DNA from: a virus
Direction: 5' to 3' (one strand)
IMG/VR virus record: IMGVR_UViG_3300031857_000028
Coordinates: 1-64,000 of that record
Length of the DNA: 64,000 nt
Shown: one piece after another, positions 37,820 through 48,793 of the stretch
Numbering within the stretch: position 1 is the stretch's first letter
How the letters are laid out: the number at the start of each line of letters is the position of its first letter
The notes under the pieces: generated by a model
Told to the model about the DNA's origin: nothing
Seen by the model: the letters and a program-made list of their open reading frames with translations, nothing else
Databases searched by the model: none
Position numbers and translations under genes: made by a program

Positions 37820-38083
37820 TTAATATGTTTGAGGTATTGTAATCAATGTTCCTGGTTTAATAAATATTGAACCATTTAGTCCATCATTAGCATTAGCAAT
37901 GACATACCATAAGGTTGCTGAACCGAGATACTTGTAAGCTAATGTGTCCCATCTATCACCCATCCGTGCTTCGTGTACGTATTCCAACTCATCTTGTTTT
38001 GGGTCTAATGGGATAGCAGAACTATAGTATCGTTTTCCTGCATCGGTTCGATTGATTCCTATATTATTTAAATATCGTGCCAT
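37820..38083 (-). CDS. LysM-like / tail X baseplate protein
   Basis: GDRWDTLAYKYLGSATLWYVIANAN...PGTLITIP. Confidence 0.8.
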   Translation of the reverse strand: MARYLNNIGINRTDAGKRYYSSAIPLDPKQDELEYVHEARMGDRWDTLAYKYLGSATLWYVIANANDGLNGSIFIKPGTLITIPQTY

Positions 38084-38084
38084 A

Positions 38085-40334
38085 TTAGTTTCCACTCATC
38101 CTATTTGCTGCGGCAGTAATTGCCATAGTAGCCCGTCTAAATTCTTCTCGGCGATTAGCCTGTGTAAGTCCAATGTTTTGCACCGTTACTGTATCCCCTC
38201 GGTTATTTGCAGCCACTATTGCCGCGGTATAATCTCTATCTTGCTGGTCAAACCCCTGTAATGTTCGGGTTAGTATGTTATCGGAAATTGGTTGATCATT
38301 CTTGGGTAGTGTATCATCATTAGCACCGGCAGTTGGTATTCGTTCCGAGAATCCGTCCAGTTTCTCCGTTATACCATAGAACGGCGAATCTGCTATTCTT
38401 GACGCCTTCTCAACCAACGTGAAGTTCATAGATACAACCGCAGAAATAGGAACCTGTTTACCGGAATCCAATTCCCATGTTTCCGAGAGTTCCGAAAAAT
38501 TTGTATTTACTGCCGTAATATACGCAGGTTGGTCTACGTATACATTTCCTACCGTCATTCGAACTATGTTGGGTTGGAAGATGCCTTTATTAAATCCATA
38601 CGGATATGCCATACCGGTTAGATAATTTAATCTTCTCCACATTCCATCCAATTCCTCTTTGGAAAATGCAACTAGTCCTAGTTTAAATGAAACATCACGT
38701 TGCACCCCCGTGTAATAAATAAATTGCTCCATTCTACCAATATATTGCAATGGATTGTATTTTGGATTTACCGTTTGTTGCAAATCTCTTATATATGCAC
38801 GAAATCTAACATGTCCATCCTTTCCCATTGCAAACGATACAACGATGGGATCATCAAAATCATTATTTATTCGATTATACGCTTCTTTTGAAACTGCAGA
38901 ATTTTTCGCACCAGTTACTATGTTTGAGTCATCTTTTATGTAAGATATTTTTCTTCGTCTAAAATCACTCCCTAATGCAACGAATTCTGCATTCGTAGAT
39001 ACGCCGTCTTTAATTGCATCAGAATTTGCCAATCGTACAGTACCCTCACCGTATGTAAAATATTTTACATATGATATCGCGTCACCAATCAAATGTGTTG
39101 GAATTTGACCAACAGTTGGTTTTAACGTTTCATTGATATATGCAGCTTGATTACCTTCTAACGCAATAGTTTCTAACGAAGAACTAGATTCATATTTTTC
39201 TTCTAAAACCTTTCTGTCTGGTATTACTTTTGGTCGTATTTCTTTTAATCCTGCTAGGGTGGGTGTTCTTTCATACCGCACCCCCGTTCCATAATCAACA
39301 TACTTGTCTATAGGTATATTTTTTTCTAGGATCGTCTGAGTATTTGATCGTTTATACGTTTCTAACAGATCAACTTTTTTAGCAGCGGCCGTTCTTGATT
39401 GTCGAAAAACGTTTAAAAGTAATTTACCCGAAGAACTTCGGATAGGATATTCTACTGCAGCAATATATAAGTTTCCAGTTTGTCCAACATGTGTCCAAGT
39501 AGACTCTCCATCAGTATTTCTAAGATATGTGACATACGTATCATTTAATTTTGGATAGTAGTTCGGCATGTAATTAGTAACATATTTGTTATCTAATTTA
39601 GAATTTAATATTACTTGATTGGCCATTGCATAGCCACTTTTCGACGTAGTGTTACCACTGAATAATGTGGTTATTGCTCCCCGTAACCCAAGTTTAGACA
39701 GTTCTGGACGAGATTCGTCAAAGTCTTTTATGCCGTCACCAACACTACGTTTTGATTTTACTGCAGAAACTACTTGACCGATGACAGGAATTTTTTTAAT
39801 TAAACTTTTTATACTAATTGCTTGTGTTGCTTTATTATATGTTTCTTCTTGTAACTGTCCAATTTTTCGTAAACTAGCAACATCCTTCTTCTGTGCACCA
39901 GAACCAAGCAATCTGTTAGTCAGTGCATTACTACCCAATAATGCACGAGCAATTCCACGAGCAGTTATTGGAATATCAATCATTCGCTTCGTGTGAATGA
40001 ATGGAACTGCGTTGGATATGTGAAATGCAGGATTTATAATACGTGTAGATTCAAACGTATTGCCTGTCTGTAATAATTGTTGCTTGGCTAAAAATTTCAA
40101 TCCACGGGTACTGGCAGTAAACAACGTCATACGCTTTACATCATTAAACGCACTTGCTACAGGTGTAGAACGACTTTCGGCCGGATTCCAGTATCCGTTT
40201 CCTGGTGCACGGACAATCAATGGATCATCATTGCGACCCGAACTGGGTTTACCGTTATCGAATTTAGTTTTTGCACCTGAGTACAAATCACTTACTTTTT
40301 CATTGAATCGCTGTTCTAGATTCTTTAACGACAT
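38085..40334 (-). CDS. Putative baseplate / tail-tube initiator protein
   Basis: C-terminal FRAYI, YIGR, Y.G..R.VSF, RMTVG, WE motifs; follows the tape measure gene. Confidence 0.55.
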   Translation of the reverse strand: MSLKNLEQRFNEKVSDLYSGAKTKFDNGKPSSGRNDDPLIVRAPGNGYWNPAESRSTPVASAFNDVKRMTLFTASTRGLKFLAKQQLLQTGNTFESTRIINPAFHISNAVPFIHTKRMIDIPITARGIARALLGSNALTNRLLGSGAQKKDVASLRKIGQLQEETYNKATQAISIKSLIKKIPVIGQVVSAVKSKRSVGDGIKDFDESRPELSKLGLRGAITTLFSGNTTSKSGYAMANQVILNSKLDNKYVTNYMPNYYPKLNDTYVTYLRNTDGESTWTHVGQTGNLYIAAVEYPIRSSSGKLLLNVFRQSRTAAAKKVDLLETYKRSNTQTILEKNIPIDKYVDYGTGVRYERTPTLAGLKEIRPKVIPDRKVLEEKYESSSSLETIALEGNQAAYINETLKPTVGQIPTHLIGDAISYVKYFTYGEGTVRLANSDAIKDGVSTNAEFVALGSDFRRRKISYIKDDSNIVTGAKNSAVSKEAYNRINNDFDDPIVVSFAMGKDGHVRFRAYIRDLQQTVNPKYNPLQYIGRMEQFIYYTGVQRDVSFKLGLVAFSKEELDGMWRRLNYLTGMAYPYGFNKGIFQPNIVRMTVGNVYVDQPAYITAVNTNFSELSETWELDSGKQVPISAVVSMNFTLVEKASRIADSPFYGITEKLDGFSERIPTAGANDDTLPKNDQPISDNILTRTLQGFDQQDRDYTAAIVAANNRGDTVTVQNIGLTQANRREEFRRATMAITAAANRMSGN

Positions 40335-40347
40335 AATGTATTCTCAG

Positions 40348-43300
40348 TTATCTTGATTGTACTCTAAACACCCCTGTGGACGCCGCAATTTCTGCAGTAT
40401 TCACCAATACTTTACCCACTTTATTACCATCCATATTTATTTGAATACCTTGTAGTGCATTAATAAAATTATTTAGTTTTTGTTCTATTCCACTAGTGTC
40501 TACTTTTATTGTCGGTTGTTGTGTAGTTCCTTCACGAGACTGTGGGAACATTCCACCGGCCAACATTGCTGCCAAATTAGGAAGATTTCCAGCCGTCATC
40601 ATTTCAGGAGTAATTTGTGGTACTGTTTGTTTTTTCTTCCCAAACAATCCACCCACAAATTTACCTACCTTTGACCCCATCATAGAACCAATCATTGTAC
40701 CAACACCAGGAATTGGAATTGCACTTCCAAGTGCACCACCAATAAACTTTCCAATCCCACCTTTAGCCAACGAACCTAACGCACCACGTACTCCACCCGT
40801 TTTATAAGCAGAAAATACGTCCATGGCATCTGCTACCATTGGTGCCTTACGAGTAGCCATTCCAACTCCCCGATTAGTAAGATAATCTTTTAGTCCACCC
40901 GTCCCACCTTGTCTATAAGTACCGATTAGATTTGACGCTTCTGGCATATACTTGGAAAAGCCTGGTACTCTACTATTAAGTAGATTCAATCCTTTATCTT
41001 TTGCACCTGTACGAGACATTAATTTAGAAATCGTTCCTATTGGAAGTTTTTTACTTCCCACCAAATCATCTGCATATGTTATTTTACGACCTTTCAGATA
41101 TGCCTCACCAGCTAACGCACTGCCGACGGCTTCTGCTATTACTGCACCAGGACCGGTAGGACTTGCTAAAGTGGCCGCTTGAGCGCCACCGACAGCCGAT
41201 GCTGCATAATATCCGAGTGCTACTTTAATTGATTTTTTGAGATCTTTGGTCGTCTTATATTCATCATTAGCTACCATGATTGCTGATACAACATCCCCGA
41301 GTAAAGGAATCGCATTGGTCGCCATTCTGGCCGTTGCATTACTGATGGCTTTTCCTGCTGCTTTTGCCGCAGTGTCACGAGTAACGGTAACTACCGTATC
41401 CTTTGCCACATCCTTTGCTGATTGTGCAATAGACCCATATGGACGTTTTTCTGTTCCTACTAAATCGTCTGCATAGGCAATAATATTATCTTTATCGTTT
41501 AATGCAATAATACCGGCAGGCGTTACTAATGAACGCTTCCCATAACCAGGTTTGGCAATAACGTCATCGCCCGTTGATACTTTTGGTTTGGCTGCGGCTG
41601 GTTTAGTACTAAACCAGCTGGTGAAGGAATCCCACATTTTACCTACGGAATTACCTGCAGAATCTAGAGCTGTAGAAAATCTTTTCGTGATATTCGTGTT
41701 CACCCACGAAGCCAACTTATCACCTAAAATTGCTCCGCCTAGACCACCTAAAAATCCACCTATAGCTATTCCCCAAGGACCGCCGATTGCACCTAATTTA
41801 GCTCCAAGAAGAGCGCCACCGTATGCACCTCCAAATGCTCCCCCCGTTGAGAGTGCGGCTGCCGTAGCTGCCGTTCCTTTACCAGTTCCTTCGGCACGTT
41901 CTTGCTGGTAAGTTTGATATCCACTGTACAATCCAGCAGCTGCACCAAATAGTCTTCCTCCCAAACGGGTTGCTTTAGATAAAGGAAGTTTTGTACTTGT
42001 ATCAAGTTTAGTTGCTAATTTACTTGCAACTGATGCAAACTTACTTGAACCCACTCTTGTTGCTATTCTACTTGATAGAATTCTCTTACCCAATTTACTG
42101 CGTGAAAAAAACCTTCTAGCAAGTCGGCTTCGTGCACGTAAACGAGTTCCCTTTCCTCTGGGCCCCTGTCCTCTGGATCCAGTATCCACGTCCGGTATAT
42201 TAGTTACATTACCGAATTTAGTGTTTCTTTCAATCAACCTTAATAATATATTTGCTAGTCCTATTCCACTAGCCACTGCCTGCACTGCTTTAACAGTTGC
42301 TTCGGCACGATCAACTGCAGTACTTAACCATTCATTCGTCTTTTTTTGCAGGTCTACGGTATCTTCACCCCCGCCGTCCACCGTCTCTCCACTCATTGCC
42401 AACATATCGCTGATATTTAGACCGAATGCATTTTCCAACGCCAATCGTTCAGACCGACGAAGTTTCGTAATATCTTTTCCGGTGGCCGCTAATTGTGATC
42501 GAAGTTCATCAAATAATGCAGCATCGTCCCCAGTTTCGGCAATTTCTGCCAATCGACTGGAATCAAATCCGAATCCCATTGCTCCCAGTTCGGCTTGACT
42601 TTCTAGGAATCCTTCAAAGTCATTAATCAGATTATCACCGAATTGACTAATCTTACTGAGTTCGACACCTATTTTCTTTGCATCTGCTAATGCACGTATC
42701 ATCTGTGTGGAGAAACGTGCCCCATTTTTTGCTAATAGTTCAGAATTCTTTGCAATTTCTTGCATAGCAACTTTAGACGACAATCCTTTCTTGGCAAATT
42801 CAGAAACAAATTTGTCAGTCTGTTCTTGCGCTTTATTTGCATCACCTCGGGTTTGTGTTAAGAATACACGACGAGCAGTTGCTAATTGCTCCGTAGTTAC
42901 ACCCATCTTTACTGCTTCCTGTGCCATCTTGGTTGCAGCTTCCGATGTGAGTAGTCCACCAAATTGATCTTGGAAGTCTTGCTGCGCTTGTGCAATTTGC
43001 TCCATAGTAACACCGGGACCAGACTTTCCACCCGGTAACAATGCACTTGCAAAACTGTCTACGCTTGATTTTAAATTACTAAAATTTATTTCTGTTGCAC
43101 GAGCGGCAGAAATACCGAACTGTTGTTGGGTTTTTCTAACCGAAGCCACTAATCCTTCAAACGTGTCGGCAACTTTTAAAATACCCTCCGCCATCCGTCC
43201 AAATTTTAAGTTTTTAACTTCTTCGGATTTTAGTTCAATCTGGTTTGTAAATTTATCTACGGCATCCGTAGATTTTTGATACGCCGTGCGAGCTTTTTTT

Positions 43301-43719
43301 TTCGTCTCTGCTAATGTTTCATTATCTTTCAGTAACGTTTTAAGCTCGTCATTTTGTGCTTGAGTTCTTTGAGTACCAAGTTTGTGTAAATCGGTAAGTT
43401 TTTGTTTATTTGCCGCCTTAAAGTCATTATGAGCTTTTTCGGCATCTTTGAAATGTCGTTCGTCTTGTTTTAGTTTTGCCCTTGCATAGTCTAACTGACG
43501 TTGTTTTAATTGAATACTTTTTTCTTTTAATTTGATATCTTCTGTATCGAATCGAATTCCCTGTATTATACCAGCTATACTTTTTGTAACAAAGTCAGCC
43601 TTTCGTGTTAACGTATTCGTAAGTCGTTGCTGTGAGGCCGTCATCGAACGTGTCATTTCACTCGTTCGACGTAATTCTCTTTCAAGTCTCTCCAGTTCTT
43701 CCTTAACTCTATCGGCCAT
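40348..43719 (-). CDS. Tape measure protein
   Basis: 1123 aa; coiled coil plus Gly/Ala-rich hydrophobic repeats; INMDGNKVG end. Confidence 0.75.
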   Translation of the reverse strand: MADRVKEELERLERELRRTSEMTRSMTASQQRLTNTLTRKADFVTKSIAGIIQGIRFDTEDIKLKEKSIQLKQRQLDYARAKLKQDERHFKDAEKAHNDFKAANKQKLTDLHKLGTQRTQAQNDELKTLLKDNETLAETKKKARTAYQKSTDAVDKFTNQIELKSEEVKNLKFGRMAEGILKVADTFEGLVASVRKTQQQFGISAARATEINFSNLKSSVDSFASALLPGGKSGPGVTMEQIAQAQQDFQDQFGGLLTSEAATKMAQEAVKMGVTTEQLATARRVFLTQTRGDANKAQEQTDKFVSEFAKKGLSSKVAMQEIAKNSELLAKNGARFSTQMIRALADAKKIGVELSKISQFGDNLINDFEGFLESQAELGAMGFGFDSSRLAEIAETGDDAALFDELRSQLAATGKDITKLRRSERLALENAFGLNISDMLAMSGETVDGGGEDTVDLQKKTNEWLSTAVDRAEATVKAVQAVASGIGLANILLRLIERNTKFGNVTNIPDVDTGSRGQGPRGKGTRLRARSRLARRFFSRSKLGKRILSSRIATRVGSSKFASVASKLATKLDTSTKLPLSKATRLGGRLFGAAAGLYSGYQTYQQERAEGTGKGTAATAAALSTGGAFGGAYGGALLGAKLGAIGGPWGIAIGGFLGGLGGAILGDKLASWVNTNITKRFSTALDSAGNSVGKMWDSFTSWFSTKPAAAKPKVSTGDDVIAKPGYGKRSLVTPAGIIALNDKDNIIAYADDLVGTEKRPYGSIAQSAKDVAKDTVVTVTRDTAAKAAGKAISNATARMATNAIPLLGDVVSAIMVANDEYKTTKDLKKSIKVALGYYAASAVGGAQAATLASPTGPGAVIAEAVGSALAGEAYLKGRKITYADDLVGSKKLPIGTISKLMSRTGAKDKGLNLLNSRVPGFSKYMPEASNLIGTYRQGGTGGLKDYLTNRGVGMATRKAPMVADAMDVFSAYKTGGVRGALGSLAKGGIGKFIGGALGSAIPIPGVGTMIGSMMGSKVGKFVGGLFGKKKQTVPQITPEMMTAGNLPNLAAMLAGGMFPQSREGTTQQPTIKVDTSGIEQKLNNFINALQGIQINMDGNKVGKVLVNTAEIAASTGVFRVQSR

Positions 43720-43723
43720 TTAT

Positions 43724-44092
43724 TTACTCAAATAAAACGTGATATGTTGCCGCAAACAACGTCACAATATCACCAGAAGGAACCGTAACTAACGAAGTTC
43801 CCGATGGTGATATTCCTTTATATGACCTATTACCTTGTAGTTTGGCAATGGGAGAGCCAGACACAGCAATCCCCTTAAATATCAAATCACCAACCAATGT
43901 TGCTAATGGTTTACCAGTACGTGTTATTCCTGCATACAGTTTATTTCCTGATATGGTGTATAACGGACTTCCGGATACCGAAGCACCTTTGTATGCACGT
44001 GAATTTACTACCGTAAGAACCGGAGTTCCCGATACCGACATTCCCGCATATGCTTTAGTATTTTCTTCCAAAAGTTTCCGTAATAATATCAT
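43724..44092 (-). CDS. Hypothetical beta-repeat protein
   Basis: Five (Y/F)xGxxxSGxP-like repeats. Confidence 0.6.
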   Translation of the reverse strand: MILLRKLLEENTKAYAGMSVSGTPVLTVVNSRAYKGASVSGSPLYTISGNKLYAGITRTGKPLATLVGDLIFKGIAVSGSPIAKLQGNRSYKGISPSGTSLVTVPSGDIVTLFAATYHVLFE

Positions 44093-44295
44093 TTTTTTCT
44101 AGCCTTATCAATTTCTCTATTCTCTTGTTCTTTTAGTTTAACAAACTCTTTGATATAGAAATTTCTCATATAAATTGGCATATGATATAAATCCATAACA
44201 CTAAAAGCACCCTTCGAATAATGAGATATAGTTAACATATTTTTAAATACATCAAGTTTATACTCTGGCGTCAGGCCAAAAAAAGTCGGCGCCAA
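44089..44295 (-). CDS. Tail/baseplate chaperone C-terminal segment, probably a frameshift product
   Basis: LYHMPIYMRNFY; no ATG start; overlaps the upstream gene at a T7 run. Confidence 0.6.
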   Translation of the reverse strand: MAPTFFGLTPEYKLDVFKNMLTISHYSKGAFSVMDLYHMPIYMRNFYIKEFVKLKEQENREIDKARKK

Positions 44296-45031
44296 TCGGC
44301 AACCTCATCGTTTGAATATTTCCGCATGAGCAATCAACTGTTATATTAAAGTTAATATCAGGAACCAAACTTCTATATTTTTCACGAAGATATCGAGCAT
44401 CTCGTACTAGTAAATTGTCAACAAATGACCAGATGGCTCCGGGTGAAGAATCTCCGTCTACTGAGGTAATAATTGCTTTCAGTCGTGTGGTAGTTTCTGC
44501 GTCAACGTCACCGTTGACTTTTTTCAACGACTTAATCTCCTTTTCAACACGCAATTCATCGCCACGAGTCAACAATTTCAACACCACTTGTTTTTTCGAA
44601 ATAGGAAGTACTACACTGAACTCTGGTTTATTTCCATCAGTCGGTTCATTTTCATTTTCCAATTCAGATAAATTTACAGTTTGTTCGACCAATTGACTGC
44701 ATGATGGACATTCTAAAGAAACTTCATAATCCTTACCATACCCCAAAATACGTGAAGCAACCATGACCGCATTTAAATCACCAAGTAACAAGTCTGCCGC
44801 TTTCACCCCCTTTGTGGCAATTAAGGCATCCATTAATTTATCTAATACCAATCCTTTTTGAATTAAATTGGTGGATGTTAAAATATCTTCGTGTTTTGCG
44901 GTCATATAATGTAATTCAATTTGACCACTACGTAACGGACTATTTTCTGGGTAAAACACTCCTTTTGATGGGAGGTCAATTACTTCTGTTGGAAACGTAT
45001 TCTGATTAGTTGTAACTTCTTGGTCTACCAT
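44258..45031 (-). CDS. Baseplate hub assembly / tail chaperone (T4 gp26-like)
   Basis: IDLPSKGVFY, MTAKHEDIL, RILGYG, CPSC, FFWP end. Confidence 0.75.
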   Translation of the reverse strand: MVDQEVTTNQNTFPTEVIDLPSKGVFYPENSPLRSGQIELHYMTAKHEDILTSTNLIQKGLVLDKLMDALIATKGVKAADLLLGDLNAVMVASRILGYGKDYEVSLECPSCSQLVEQTVNLSELENENEPTDGNKPEFSVVLPISKKQVVLKLLTRGDELRVEKEIKSLKKVNGDVDAETTTRLKAIITSVDGDSSPGAIWSFVDNLLVRDARYLREKYRSLVPDINFNITVDCSCGNIQTMRLPIGADFFWPDARV

Positions 45032-45067
45032 AAAACCCTCTTAGTTAAAGTTATACTTTAATAAATA

Positions 45068-46951
45068 TCATTCTTCTGTATTTTCACTATCAAATTCTTC
45101 TCGGTACCCCATATTGATTCGCTTGACGAATTCCTTAAACATGGATTTGTTACGTTGCGGTGTCACTAAGGCACCGTCTACAATCACATCTGCTATATCT
45201 TGTTTTTCTTTCAAGATATCCCGCATATATTCGTCAATCGTTCCTTCACATATCATATAATATGCTTGGACTTGCGATTTCTGTCCAATACGATGCGTAC
45301 GGTCTTCTGCTTGTTCATGTTCTGCTGGTAACCATCCCATGTCGATAAATACTACCGTATCCATCACGTGCTGTAATCCGTCAATACCCATACCTGCCGC
45401 ACGTAAACTGAACAGTCCAACTTTAGCCTGTTTACTCGTTAGTCTATCAATACTTTGTTGGCGGTCGTTTCTACCCATTTCGCCGGTCAATAGCGCCGCT
45501 TTATCCCCATAGTGTTGTAATAGTGCTTTCAACGGTTTAATATAACAACTGAAAATGAGTATCGAACGGTCATTGTCAATAAACTCATCAATCATTTCAA
45601 TCAATCGTGGTAATTTCTTTTCAATTAAAAATCCTTGGAGTTTGGGCATGTGTTGAACGGATGGTTTACCGTCCATCTTCCACTTTCCAAACATTTCACG
45701 CAGTAATTGATTATATTCCTTCTTCTCGTCTTTTGTGAGTTCCACATACAAATCGTTACGTTGTTTCTTTGGCATCTCCGTCAAGACTTGTTCTTTCTTT
45801 CTACGAATAACCAAGTCTTTGGTGCGGTCATGAAGGTCTTGAAGATTCATCGGTGCTGCACCTTTCCATCCACCATACCGTTGGGTAAAATGAAAGAAAT
45901 TATTGAATCTATCTTTATCCAGAAAGTTTAATAATGCAAACGCCTCAATTGGGCGAGACATGACAGGTGTGCCGGTGAGAAAAATGCAATATTTCGTTTT
46001 GATGCCGGGATACTTTCGTCGTTCTTTATACGAACCCAAGATAGACTTTGCACGAATTGTTTGACGGTTTTTGAGATAGGTTGCCTCGTCACACACAAGT
46101 AAATCAAATTGCTGGTCACGAAGCCACTGATGATTTTTAGACACAGCATCGTAATGGCTAATATGAAATTGATTTCCGAGTTTCCCGTCATATCCTTTTG
46201 AATCCCATATGGTACTCTCCTTTCCCGTAAATCGTTTAATTTCACGTTGCCAATTGACGACAACTGATAATGGGCACACGATAATTGTTTTTAAATTATG
46301 TAATTGTGCATAAGCAATTGCTTGCATGGTTTTTCCCAAACCGGGTGCATCGGCGATGAGACAACGCCCACCGGCTCTATCCACGAATTGTACGCCCACT
46401 TTTTGATACGGATAAGGTTCTACTTTCATACCCTTGATTTCAAAATCCGTATCGTCTTTCTGACGAATTTCGTCTAAGTGTTCTCGACGTTCAGTGAGTT
46501 TATTTAATAATTTAATTGCTTGGTCGGAGAACGTTGCTGTCGGGAATATTTTCTGTATTTTTGGTAAGTGAACTGCCGGAAACTCCCAATACTTTTCGTC
46601 ACCGTTCCACTTTCGTCCATCAATTTCATACTTAAACTGTTCCAATAATAGTTTATTATACGGCATATTAATATATGCAGTTTTACTATCTTTTAAGGAT
46701 ATTTCTATTGGACCAGTTTTTTCTTCTTGTTGTACTTGTGGGGTGTGGGATAATTTTGTACGAGGTAAGGATAAATCTGATACATCATCGTCGGTTAATG
46801 CTCGTTTAGCAGCTTCTACCCATGCAGGTGGGATACCTACCGTTGTACTCATCCATTGGAGGTATTGTGGGGCAATGCGTCGAACACTCCCCAACGTATG
46901 CCCCTTATACTTTCCCCACGTAAAAATTACTGCATCTAACGACGGATGCAT
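45068..46951 (-). CDS. SNF2-family helicase
   Basis: ADAPGLGKT, CDEA, LTGTP, QAEDRTHRIGQ; N-terminal WGKYKG motif. Confidence 0.9.
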   Translation of the reverse strand: MHPSLDAVIFTWGKYKGHTLGSVRRIAPQYLQWMSTTVGIPPAWVEAAKRALTDDDVSDLSLPRTKLSHTPQVQQEEKTGPIEISLKDSKTAYINMPYNKLLLEQFKYEIDGRKWNGDEKYWEFPAVHLPKIQKIFPTATFSDQAIKLLNKLTERREHLDEIRQKDDTDFEIKGMKVEPYPYQKVGVQFVDRAGGRCLIADAPGLGKTMQAIAYAQLHNLKTIIVCPLSVVVNWQREIKRFTGKESTIWDSKGYDGKLGNQFHISHYDAVSKNHQWLRDQQFDLLVCDEATYLKNRQTIRAKSILGSYKERRKYPGIKTKYCIFLTGTPVMSRPIEAFALLNFLDKDRFNNFFHFTQRYGGWKGAAPMNLQDLHDRTKDLVIRRKKEQVLTEMPKKQRNDLYVELTKDEKKEYNQLLREMFGKWKMDGKPSVQHMPKLQGFLIEKKLPRLIEMIDEFIDNDRSILIFSCYIKPLKALLQHYGDKAALLTGEMGRNDRQQSIDRLTSKQAKVGLFSLRAAGMGIDGLQHVMDTVVFIDMGWLPAEHEQAEDRTHRIGQKSQVQAYYMICEGTIDEYMRDILKEKQDIADVIVDGALVTPQRNKSMFKEFVKRINMGYREEFDSENTEE

Positions 46952-47217
46952 TATTTCTGTCCTTCGTCTCCCACCGCAAACCCATCGGGGTCTGTAACTG
47001 CGGTTGGTTCTGATTGGTCGATACGAACGTATACCATGTTATCCATATCTAACCGCCACCCGTTTCGTGGATCTATTTGCAATATTTGCATCAGTTGTAT
47101 ATTAGCTTGTTGTACTTCTTCCATCAATCGTGATTGATATGATTTTAATAAAGCGTTGTTTGCTTTTATTAAATTTTGTAGTGCTATTGGTACTTCCATA
47201 GTAACTTGATTACTCAT
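46951..47217 (-). CDS. Hypothetical protein
   Basis: GAGG RBS; abuts the helicase start. Confidence 0.65.
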   Translation of the reverse strand: MSNQVTMEVPIALQNLIKANNALLKSYQSRLMEEVQQANIQLMQILQIDPRNGWRLDMDNMVYVRIDQSEPTAVTDPDGFAVGDEGQK

Positions 47218-47234
47218 TATTCACCTCTATAAAT

Positions 47235-48053
47235 TTATAGGAAAATACTAAAATACTCTCTCCACCCACATTTAATTAAATTATACATATGTTTATTTCG
47301 TGTATAAGAAATATCGAAGATTTTTTCATCACTTCCGATATATCCATGTTGAATAGATTCATCTACCGTATCACAAAATTCTTTAGTTAAGAAATCTATT
47401 AAATGCGAAGGAACTATAAATGCTGTTCCTTGAATGTTTCTTATTTGAGACAACGAGTGAAATCTTTTATCTGATACATCAAACGATTCGTTGTGACTGA
47501 AGAATGTGATTTTGTTTAGATCTAAATCATTTATTTTTTGTATATTCGGCCAGGTAATTCCAGAATAATTCTCGATAGCTTCTCGTAATCCTCCTGCATC
47601 GGCCCAAATAACCAGTTCATTGTCAAAATATTTATTCTCAATACAGTCTCGTATCCAAAATATTTTATTGAACATTATAACATTATACAACGGCTTACTC
47701 ATTTCAGGTACGTCTGGAAAGCTGAGTTTGCTTATAAATGATTCGGAACTCATTAATGTTTCCAATTTTTGATTGTACATTTTATACGCGGGAAGCTCTT
47801 CCAATTCCTGCGTGATAATAATAGTATCGATTAAAGTTGGATCATACTTTTTTCTAATAGTTTCTATCCTATCTTTGAATTTCAACTGCGTGTAAATAAC
47901 CAATTTAGTATGCAACGATAATGTTTTTTCCATCCAATGAATGTATCCATCATATGACTGACGAAACTGTTCCCATGTATCTCTTCCGATATCATATAAT
48001 GCAGTAACTACTGTAGTATTCTTTATAAGTGGGTGTGCTAAATCCATTGCCAT
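47235..48053 (-). CDS. HtrL/WlaTC-like glycosyltransferase
   Basis: TVVTALYDIGR, Y..IMFNK, WADAG, SDEKI. Confidence 0.75.
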   Translation of the reverse strand: MAMDLAHPLIKNTTVVTALYDIGRDTWEQFRQSYDGYIHWMEKTLSLHTKLVIYTQLKFKDRIETIRKKYDPTLIDTIIITQELEELPAYKMYNQKLETLMSSESFISKLSFPDVPEMSKPLYNVIMFNKIFWIRDCIENKYFDNELVIWADAGGLREAIENYSGITWPNIQKINDLDLNKITFFSHNESFDVSDKRFHSLSQIRNIQGTAFIVPSHLIDFLTKEFCDTVDESIQHGYIGSDEKIFDISYTRNKHMYNLIKCGWREYFSIFL

Positions 48054-48793
48054 TTCACCTGTATGTTTTTGTGTTTAATTTCAACTTTGTCCGTATCAAA
48101 AAATTGCGATGTATTATCTGAATTAATTAATGTTGCTAATTTCATTTCATATTTGTTTAGTATGGTTGGTACAAATCCCTCGGAATATCCATAAATCCCT
48201 TCTCTATGAACTTTCAATAGAATTTCCATTGCACGTTTAGAAAACCTAACAATCGGAAAAAATGAACCAAATAATTCAGTAACATCATTTGGTATGATAT
48301 CACCATCACCTGGAAATCTATAAAACCACTGTTCATTTGAATATGTATTGTGGTCTATGTGGGGAATCGTAGGCTGTGATGATACGTCTTTGTGTTTAAA
48401 TATAAAATACGAAATAAAATCACTATTATCGGTATCAACATTAGCAAAAAATGCATTCCAATCACCTACACTTACATCATCATCAAAAAACCAATAATAG
48501 TCATAATTAGGATGTGTTAAATAATAATTCAACATTCTGAAATGTGCATAGAACCAAATAATATTTCGATTGCCGATGCTATTCCAAAAATGCTTCGTAC
48601 TCACTTGACGGTCGAAATTAAGATTTTTTCTAACATCCGATTCAGTATACGTAAAACCAACGTCAAAGGTACTATCTCTTGTCACATCCGCTATAACTGT
48701 TAGATGTTTGTCAGTTTTTCTAAACTCATCCCAGTTTGCCTCAAAATGTGGATACATATCCGGTGTTGTACAAACGCAGTATGCACTATTCAT
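48038..48793 (-). CDS. Putative GT-A glycosyltransferase
   Basis: YDYYWFFDDDV DxD motif; FFPIVRFS, EGFVPT. Confidence 0.6.
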   Translation of the reverse strand: MNSAYCVCTTPDMYPHFEANWDEFRKTDKHLTVIADVTRDSTFDVGFTYTESDVRKNLNFDRQVSTKHFWNSIGNRNIIWFYAHFRMLNYYLTHPNYDYYWFFDDDVSVGDWNAFFANVDTDNSDFISYFIFKHKDVSSQPTIPHIDHNTYSNEQWFYRFPGDGDIIPNDVTELFGSFFPIVRFSKRAMEILLKVHREGIYGYSEGFVPTILNKYEMKLATLINSDNTSQFFDTDKVEIKHKNIQVKWQWI

